A stretch of 20,930 nucleotides of DNA, taken from Candidatus Hydrogenedentota bacterium. GTDB lineage: Bacteria; Hydrogenedentota; Hydrogenedentia; Hydrogenedentales; SLHB01. Both the position numbers and the translations under genes were made by a program. Positions 8,335-14,591 of this stretch are shown here, in pieces. Position 1 is the stretch's first letter, and each line of letters opens with the position of its first letter. The DNA lies in NCBI GenBank assembly GCA_029974275.1, contig JARKSN010000002.1:1-20930 (forward strand). The letters are read 5' to 3'. Under the pieces are notes generated by a model, which searched no databases, was not told the DNA's origin, and was given only the letters and a program-made list of their open reading frames with translations.

Positions 8335-9443
8335 TGCGATCGCGGGCGATTGGAATAACCGTTCTGTTTCTCGCCGGAACATGCGCGGGGTGCGTGCGCA
8401 ACGCTTTTTTGCCATCGACGGCGCTTGTTCCTCCTCCATCCGATCGGATGCTTTCAGCGCTGGGCGATCGGGAAGACGTCATCGCGAAACGCATGGAGCA
8501 GGACGTACGTGCATTGGCCACCCCATCGGGCAGGCGATCCGGAACCCAAGGCCACGAGCAGGCGCACGCCTATATCCTATCCCGGCTCAAGGAGTTAGGA
8601 CTTTCTCCCTACGCGGGCGATTCGTATGCGTTGCCGTATGCGCAGGGAGGCTTGGATTTTGTCAATATCGCTGCCGTGCTGCCAGGCAGGAACGTCGCGT
8701 TGCCGTCTCTTTTGCTCATGGCCCATTACGATACCTTCGGTTCCAAACCGGGCGCCGATGACAACGCGGCGGCGATTGCGGTGTTGTTGGCGGCAGCCGA
8801 AGCGCTGCGATCGGCCCCGCCGGAGCGGTCCGTGACGTTTCTGTTTCCCGATGCCGAAGAGCCGCCTTATTTCATGACGAACGCGATGGGTTCGACTTGG
8901 TTTTATCTGCATCAGCGGCAGGGCGATTTCCATTGCGCCGTGGCGCTCGATTTGGTTGGACACGATGTGCCCATTGCGGGATTGGAAGATCTTGTATTCC
9001 TGACGGGAATAGAGAGCGACCCTGGGCTTGGAAAGGCCTTTCAAGCCGTTTCAACCGGATCGGGCTTGCGTTTGGTTCCCACCTTGAACCGCTATATAGG
9101 CGATCTCAGCGACCATCACATCCACCGCGTGAATCGAAGACCTTATCTGTTTTTTTCGGCTGGCGTCTGGAAGCATTACCATCGCAGGTCCGACGTTCCT
9201 GACCGCTTGAACTACGCCAAGATGGCGCGATTTGCCGACTATCTGACCAGATTGACGCATGTCCTCGACGGGCAGCCGCTGACGGGACCGTTCGAAGGAT
9301 ACGACACGACCCCCCTCGAACTGCGTTGCCTTCGTCAAACCGTGGGGCCTATCGTGAACCAGAAAGGGATCGCTCTCGAAAACCGTCGCGACATTGATCG
9401 CGTGGCGCGGATGCTGTTCATGCGTCTCGTCACCGCCCGATAA
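8334..9443 (+). CDS. M28-family Zn metallopeptidase, predicted lipoprotein
   Basis: Motifs AHYD, GADDNA, DAEE, LDLVG, SDH and YH..SD. The N-terminus MRSRAIGITVLFLAGTCAGC resembles a signal peptide with a lipobox. TGATG coupling to the upstream gene. Confidence 0.88.
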   Translation: MRSRAIGITVLFLAGTCAGCVRNAFLPSTALVPPPSDRMLSALGDREDVIAKRMEQDVRALATPSGRRSGTQGHEQAHAYILSRLKELGLSPYAGDSYALPYAQGGLDFVNIAAVLPGRNVALPSLLLMAHYDTFGSKPGADDNAAAIAVLLAAAEALRSAPPERSVTFLFPDAEEPPYFMTNAMGSTWFYLHQRQGDFHCAVALDLVGHDVPIAGLEDLVFLTGIESDPGLGKAFQAVSTGSGLRLVPTLNRYIGDLSDHHIHRVNRRPYLFFSAGVWKHYHRRSDVPDRLNYAKMARFADYLTRLTHVLDGQPLTGPFEGYDTTPLELRCLRQTVGPIVNQKGIALENRRDIDRVARMLFMRLVTAR

Positions 9444-9453
9444 ACAGCGCAGA

Positions 9454-10815
9454 CTATAGGCTCCACCCTTTCCGGTAGACAGGCTTCACGAAGGCGTTGG
9501 CCTCGGGCAGGTTGGTCACCTGCATCCGTTTGCTGTCCCATTCGATGCTTTGGCCGGCGCGAAGGGCGAGATTGCCGAGCAACACCATCTCCGTAAAGGG
9601 GCCGCTGTAATCAAAGTTGCTGCATGCCGGCGCGCCGCCGCGAATGGCTTGCAGCCAGTTTTGATGGTGGTTGCCTCGCGAAATCCGCTCGAGCATTTGC
9701 GGAGGTTTCTGAAAATCCTTCATGCGCGCGAGCGGCAGCAGGCGCGGAGTTCCCCCATACGTGTCCGTCGTGATGACGCCCGCGTCACCGATGAACACGG
9801 AGCCGCTGTCTCCGTCGCCAAATTTTTCCTCCAGCGGAATGCCCGCCACGGCAGGAGGCTTGAGGCCGCCGTCGTACCAGTACAACTTGACAGGGCCCAT
9901 GCCTTCACGCGCGGGAAAGTCATAACGAAGGACGCACGATCGGGGACCGGTCTCTTCGTTCTTGATTGGGTCAGCCTGGATGAGGTCCACGCGGGTCGGG
10001 GATCCCAATTTCAGCGCCCAGTAAGGCGGATCGAGAACATGGCACCCCATGTCGCCGAGGGCCCCCGCTCCGAAATCCCACCAGCCGCGCCAGACGTCGG
10101 GGCAATAACAGTTCTTTTGGGGAAACACCGGGTTATGCGCCACGAAGGGCCGGTGCGGCGCCACGCCAAGCCACAGGTCCCAATCAAGGGTTGAAGGAAC
10201 GGGATCGGAACCCGTTGGCCTGCCCATGCCCTGCGGCCAGATGGGACGGTTGGTGAAGGCGTGCACCTCCCGGACCTCGCCAATCATGCCAGACCAGATC
10301 ATTTCGCACAACAGTCTGACGCCGTCGCCGGAGTGTCCCTGGTTGCCCATTTGCGTGGCGACGTTGTAGCGGCGCGCGGCTTCGGTGAGCATGCGCGCTT
10401 CGCCGATGGTGCGGGTAAGAGGCTTTTGCACATAGACGTGTTTGCCCAACTGCATCGCGGTCATGGCGATGAAGGCGTGCATGTGGTCCGGCGTGGAGAT
10501 GGTCACCGCGTCAATGCCCTTTTCCTTTTCGAGCATCACGCGAAAATCCTTGTAATGCTTCACATGGGCATACTTGGCGAAATTTTCTGCGGCGCGCGCT
10601 TCATCGACGTCGCACAGCGCAACGATGTTTTCCGAAGCAACCGCACTCAAGTCGGAACTGCCCTGCCCCCCCACTCCGATGCAGGCGATGTTGATCCGTT
10701 CACTCGGCGGAATACGACGGCGGGAAGTCCTTCTTCCGCCAAGAGCCGCACAGCCCGTCATGGCGGCCGTCGCGCCAAAAAGAAACGTGCGGCGCGTGAT
10801 CGATACGCGGCTCAT
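9454..10815 (-). CDS. Tat-exported Gfo/Idh/MocA family NAD(P)-dependent oxidoreductase
   Basis: Twin-arginine signal TRRTFL, Rossmann motif IGVGGQG, STPDHMH, VYVQKP, QMGNQG, WRGWWDFG.GALGDMGCH. AAGGAG ribosome-binding site upstream. Confidence 0.92.
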   Translation of the reverse strand: MSRVSITRRTFLFGATAAMTGCAALGGRRTSRRRIPPSERINIACIGVGGQGSSDLSAVASENIVALCDVDEARAAENFAKYAHVKHYKDFRVMLEKEKGIDAVTISTPDHMHAFIAMTAMQLGKHVYVQKPLTRTIGEARMLTEAARRYNVATQMGNQGHSGDGVRLLCEMIWSGMIGEVREVHAFTNRPIWPQGMGRPTGSDPVPSTLDWDLWLGVAPHRPFVAHNPVFPQKNCYCPDVWRGWWDFGAGALGDMGCHVLDPPYWALKLGSPTRVDLIQADPIKNEETGPRSCVLRYDFPAREGMGPVKLYWYDGGLKPPAVAGIPLEEKFGDGDSGSVFIGDAGVITTDTYGGTPRLLPLARMKDFQKPPQMLERISRGNHHQNWLQAIRGGAPACSNFDYSGPFTEMVLLGNLALRAGQSIEWDSKRMQVTNLPEANAFVKPVYRKGWSL

Positions 10816-10870
10816 AACCTATTCTCCTTGTTGAGGTTCTCTGGAGCAGGCGATGGCTCGATGAGGCCGA

Positions 10871-11506
10871 TTACCGTCCCGTGATGGCGTACCACGAGCG
10901 GCTGAACCAGCCTTGTTCTTGCTGGCTTTCGGAGAGGGTCTGCTTGACTTCCTCACGGAGGGGCAGCCATTCGCCGTTCACGTTTTCTTCCACCTTTATG
11001 GCATGAAACAGGCTGCCCAAACGCAGCCAACGGCCGTTGCGAAACTCGTAGCTGATGGTCTCCAACCCCGTGTTGCGGAAATAGTTCTGATCGGCGGCGG
11101 CATCGTCGCGATTCCGGTGCAGGCGGGTTGCATACCGCACTTTTGGGATGACGACCTCCGCGAGATACGGAGACGTTTGAGAATCCTTCTCCGCGATGTC
11201 CACCTCGATTTCCTCTGGAGAAGGGTATTCGGAATACCTTTTGAAATAATACGGACGAAGTCTGTGCACGGCATTCCGGTCTTCGCGGGCCGCCGCCGCA
11301 ATGTCCTTGGCGGCCAAGCTGCGCAAATCGGACTCGGCCATCTCCATGGTCATGGGTCCTGAAACGACTGTTTCCGGAGCAGTCTGCTGCGCTTTGGGGC
11401 GATCGGATGAGGCATCCTTAGCGCGCCACCCCCATGTGCTGCATGCGTTCAATGCAACTGCCATCGATAGTGCAACCGTCCAACGAGTCCAGTGTGTTGC
11501 CTTCAT
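10871..11506 (-). CDS. Hypothetical lipoprotein
   Basis: 211-aa ORF filling the gap between two genes. Signal peptide ends in a lipobox (VALNA-C). GAGG ribosome-binding site. No family recognised. Confidence 0.7.
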   Translation of the reverse strand: MKATHWTRWTVALSMAVALNACSTWGWRAKDASSDRPKAQQTAPETVVSGPMTMEMAESDLRSLAAKDIAAAAREDRNAVHRLRPYYFKRYSEYPSPEEIEVDIAEKDSQTSPYLAEVVIPKVRYATRLHRNRDDAAADQNYFRNTGLETISYEFRNGRWLRLGSLFHAIKVEENVNGEWLPLREEVKQTLSESQQEQGWFSRSWYAITGR

Positions 11507-11568
11507 GTTGACCTCTGCTAAGGGGCCCGTCCCCCGTGATCGCCGTTTCCCTTCCGCGAACGAAGGGG

Positions 11569-11598
11569 ATCATAACATACTTCAAGGCGTTTTGGCAT
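11569..11598 (-). promoter_or_regulatory. Candidate extended -10 promoter for the lipoprotein and Gfo genes
   Basis: The minus strand reads ATGCCA-18 nt-TATGAT, with TATG-t immediately before the -10 (TGn motif). Confidence 0.4.
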
Positions 11599-11623
11599 AG
11601 GCCTGCCGCAGGCCTTCCCGCGC

Positions 11624-13099
11624 TCAGGCGCCGCCGGTGATGGTCTTGATGATGGACGTGGTCGATCTCCCTTCGACGCCGGGGATCAACGCGATCTCGC
11701 CTCCGTAACCTTCCACCACCCGCCGTTCTTCCTGGACAATCGTGTCGAGCGTGTAGTCGCCGCCCTTCGCATAGACGTCGGGACGAAGGCGCTTGAGGAC
11801 TTCCACGGTGGTCGGGTCGGAGAAAATGGTCACATAGGCGACACATTCCAGCGCGGACAAAACCAAGGCGCGATCGTTTTCGTTGATGATGGGGCGGGTT
11901 GGCCCCTTCACCTCGCGCACAGACGCGTCGCTGTTGAGGCCGACCACGAGCGCATCGCCCAGGCGCGCGGCGCGCATGAGATAGGTGATGTGCCCGACAT
12001 GAATGAGGTCGAAACAGCCGTTCGTCCACACCACGCGCTTGCCCGATTCCTTGAGTTGCCGAACCAGCCCTTCGAGTTCGTCGAGCGTCCGGAGCTTGGC
12101 GGGGCCTCCTTGCTGCGTAAAGGCCTGCCTGAGTTCGGAAAGGGGCGCCGTGACGACTCCCGGCTTCCCTACGACGATCCCGGCCGCGGCGTTGCCAATG
12201 ACGGCCGCTTCCTGTAGCGTTCCCCCCGCAACCAGGGAAACCGCGACGGCCGCCGTGACGGTGTCGCCGGCGCCGGTCACGTCCACGACCGAGCAGGGAA
12301 CGATGGGAACGTCGGCGATCGCGCCATCGGCTGAAAAGACCGTGATGCCCTTGGGGCCGCGCGTGATAAGCGCGTTCGAGCAGACCTTCAACAGGGCCCT
12401 CCCTGCCGCATGCAGCGAGGTCTCGTTGTCGACGTCGATCCCCGCGCCGATGCCCGCCTCGCGATCATTCGGCACGACAACGTCAAAACCGGAAAATGAA
12501 CCGGCGCGACCGCGCGAGTCGCCCACCGTGATGAGTTTGTGCGCTTTCGCCTGGGCCACAACTTCGGCCAACACGCGTTCCGTCGCGACAGACGCGACCT
12601 GGTCCACGACGACGATGGCGTCCACCTGCGGCGCAAGACGCCGGATATGCGCCATGACGGTCTCTTCGGTTTCCCCATCTATAAAGACGGGCGATGGGGT
12701 GTCGGTGCGCAGGATTTCCTGTGAAGGCGCGTGGAAGGCGCCAGCGCGCAGTTTGCCGTAGGTGTTGGTCGGGCGCGTGGGGTGGACGACAAGGCCGGAT
12801 GTATCCACGCTGCGGGCTTCGAACTCGCGCCGGACGATGTCCGCGTTGGCGTCATGGCCAACATAGCCGACCATGTAAGTCTTCGCGCCCAAGGCAGCAA
12901 CGTTGCAGGCGGCATTGCCCGCCGCGCCGGGATTGTAGCGGCGTTCCTGGACTTCGTAGATGGGGACCGGGGCCTCGAGGCTCACGCCCGTTACGGTCCC
13001 GAAGACGTTCTCATCCAGATAAATGTCGCCCACCACCAACACGCGGGCGCGGTCGAAACGGGCAAGCAATTCGAAAACGCGTTCTCGATCGATGCACAT
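11624..13099 (-). CDS. hldE: Bifunctional heptose-7-phosphate kinase / heptose-1-phosphate nucleotidyltransferase HldE (RfaE)
   Basis: N-terminal PfkB-type kinase (VLVVGDIYLD, SLEAPVP, PND.EA, ITRG.KG, DVTGAGDT). C-terminal nucleotidyltransferase (WTNGCFDLIHVGH, GLNSD.SV..KG..RPI, KGGDY, GRSTT). Start set at ATG 13099 from a GGAG site just upstream; ATG 13120 is an alternative. Confidence 0.88.
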   Translation of the reverse strand: MCIDRERVFELLARFDRARVLVVGDIYLDENVFGTVTGVSLEAPVPIYEVQERRYNPGAAGNAACNVAALGAKTYMVGYVGHDANADIVRREFEARSVDTSGLVVHPTRPTNTYGKLRAGAFHAPSQEILRTDTPSPVFIDGETEETVMAHIRRLAPQVDAIVVVDQVASVATERVLAEVVAQAKAHKLITVGDSRGRAGSFSGFDVVVPNDREAGIGAGIDVDNETSLHAAGRALLKVCSNALITRGPKGITVFSADGAIADVPIVPCSVVDVTGAGDTVTAAVAVSLVAGGTLQEAAVIGNAAAGIVVGKPGVVTAPLSELRQAFTQQGGPAKLRTLDELEGLVRQLKESGKRVVWTNGCFDLIHVGHITYLMRAARLGDALVVGLNSDASVREVKGPTRPIINENDRALVLSALECVAYVTIFSDPTTVEVLKRLRPDVYAKGGDYTLDTIVQEERRVVEGYGGEIALIPGVEGRSTTSIIKTITGGA

Positions 13100-13138
13100 G
13101 CGGAACTCCGTAACTATCATGGTTTGAGACCTCGGCGG

Positions 13139-13167
13139 ATTGTAGCCGAAGACTGTGAAACGTTCAA
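13139..13167 (-). promoter_or_regulatory. Predicted sigma70-type promoter of hldE
   Basis: The minus strand reads TTGAAC (13167-13162), a 17-nt spacer and TACAAT (13144-13139). Confidence 0.55.
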
Positions 13168-13185
13168 CGCAAAGGAGTTGTCGCC

Positions 13186-13785
13186 TCAATACAAAGCGTC
13201 TGTGGAAAAAACGGGCTGGATCGGGCAGCAAAAGCGAACGTCGCCATTCCGGCGCAACGCCTCCATCAGCATGGCGGTTGCGGCTGAGGCGCTCGACGAT
13301 TCCGCGGCAAAGCGCGATGCCAGCCAAGACGCGAGACGATCGTGCGTCCTGCCGCCCAGACTTCGGAAAGGGATTTCGTCGTTATCCAGGCGCATGCTGC
13401 CGCATTCGCCGCGCAAGGTCATTCGCTCGCATGAACGGCCCGGGAAAACTGTCAGCACAAGCGCCACCCCGCCTTCGTAGTCCAGCGACGCCGTAAATCC
13501 CGCAACGGCATTTCCCCCATCTTCCGCATTTCCGCCACTGAGGACGGAAACGCGACGTGGCACCCCCAAATCGACCAAAGCGCCCAAGAAACGGAACCGG
13601 TCCCGCAATAAGACTTCCTGCGCAACGCCCGCGCAATCCCAGTAGATGCGTCTCAATGGCCCCAATCGCGCCAGGCGTTCCCGCAACGACTCGAGGCCTT
13701 CAAACGCTTCCGTTCGACCGGATGTCCACGGCGCAGCAACCATGAGGGCGTTCATGGCAAGGAAAGAACGACGGGAAAGATTCAT
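13186..13785 (-). CDS. Tat-signal protein resembling only the C-terminal domain of Gfo/Idh/MocA oxidoreductases (possible pseudoenzyme or relic)
   Basis: MNLSRRSFL twin-arginine signal and an ATGA overlap with the DUF1080 stop. The pattern P.RVSVLSGG...FTASLDYEGG..L...LRGE.GSM resembles the Gfo C-terminal beta-sheet. No GxGxxG motif. Confidence 0.55.
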   Translation of the reverse strand: MNLSRRSFLAMNALMVAAPWTSGRTEAFEGLESLRERLARLGPLRRIYWDCAGVAQEVLLRDRFRFLGALVDLGVPRRVSVLSGGNAEDGGNAVAGFTASLDYEGGVALVLTVFPGRSCERMTLRGECGSMRLDNDEIPFRSLGGRTHDRLASWLASRFAAESSSASAATAMLMEALRRNGDVRFCCPIQPVFSTDALY

Positions 13786-14528
13786 GGATCTCCCCTTTGC
13801 GGTTCTCCATTCTGCGCAGGTTCAACAGGCGCCGGCAACGGCTTGATGCGGATGTTCCGGAATTCAACTCGATCGAGATGGTCCTGGATGCCGATATGCC
13901 CTTTTAGGGGACGATCCGTCAGCGGCAAGCGCCAGTCCTCCTTGACGGCGTAGTCCGTTGTCCGGATATCGTACAACTCCTGGCCGTTGAGCATTGTCCG
14001 GATGCGCACGCCCTCGCAGCGTATTTCCATGGAGTTCCATTCGCCGATCTTTTTTTGCGCTTGCACCTTGGGCGGCACGACGTGATAGATCGCACCCGCG
14101 CGTTGCCACGGCGTTTCCCAGTCCGGACGAAGGACCTGGATTTCCATCCCTGCGTATGCGGGATCGCCTTCTTGGGGAGCGCGTATCGCGACGCCGGAGT
14201 TGCATTCCGCTCCGGGTTTGTTCTCCACCAATCGGAATTCGAGGCGCAATACGAAGTCATCGTACTCTTCGGTGGTGAACAGCCAATCGCCGTCCGGAGC
14301 GCCGGTGACAATCAGCACGCCATTCTCGACGCGGAAAGCATCCTTGTTCGCACCGCGCACACGCCAGCCGTCCAAGTTTTTTCCGTTAAACAGCGAGAAA
14401 AATCCCTCTTCCGCTTCACGAGGATCCAAAAGAGCGTCCGCCTTCTCCTGTCCCAAGGCCGACATCCCGGAGATAACGAAATATGACGCCAAAACAGGCC
14501 CAAGAAACGCGTGCGCCACCTGTTTCAT
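13782..14528 (-). CDS. DUF1080 / 3-keto-disaccharide hydrolase family protein, secreted
   Basis: Motifs SLFNGKNLDGW, YDDFVLRLEF, NSGV, EIQV, GAIY, GEWN.MEI, LNG and GHIGIQDH..VEFRNIRIK. Signal peptide-like N-terminus. GAGGAG site before ATG 14528. Confidence 0.92.
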   Translation of the reverse strand: MKQVAHAFLGPVLASYFVISGMSALGQEKADALLDPREAEEGFFSLFNGKNLDGWRVRGANKDAFRVENGVLIVTGAPDGDWLFTTEEYDDFVLRLEFRLVENKPGAECNSGVAIRAPQEGDPAYAGMEIQVLRPDWETPWQRAGAIYHVVPPKVQAQKKIGEWNSMEIRCEGVRIRTMLNGQELYDIRTTDYAVKEDWRLPLTDRPLKGHIGIQDHLDRVEFRNIRIKPLPAPVEPAQNGEPQRGDP

Positions 14529-14591
14529 CGCAAATCTCCTCGTCAATTTCCTTGCGCAATCTCCCGCATCTTCATCACCGGCGTAGCGCGA

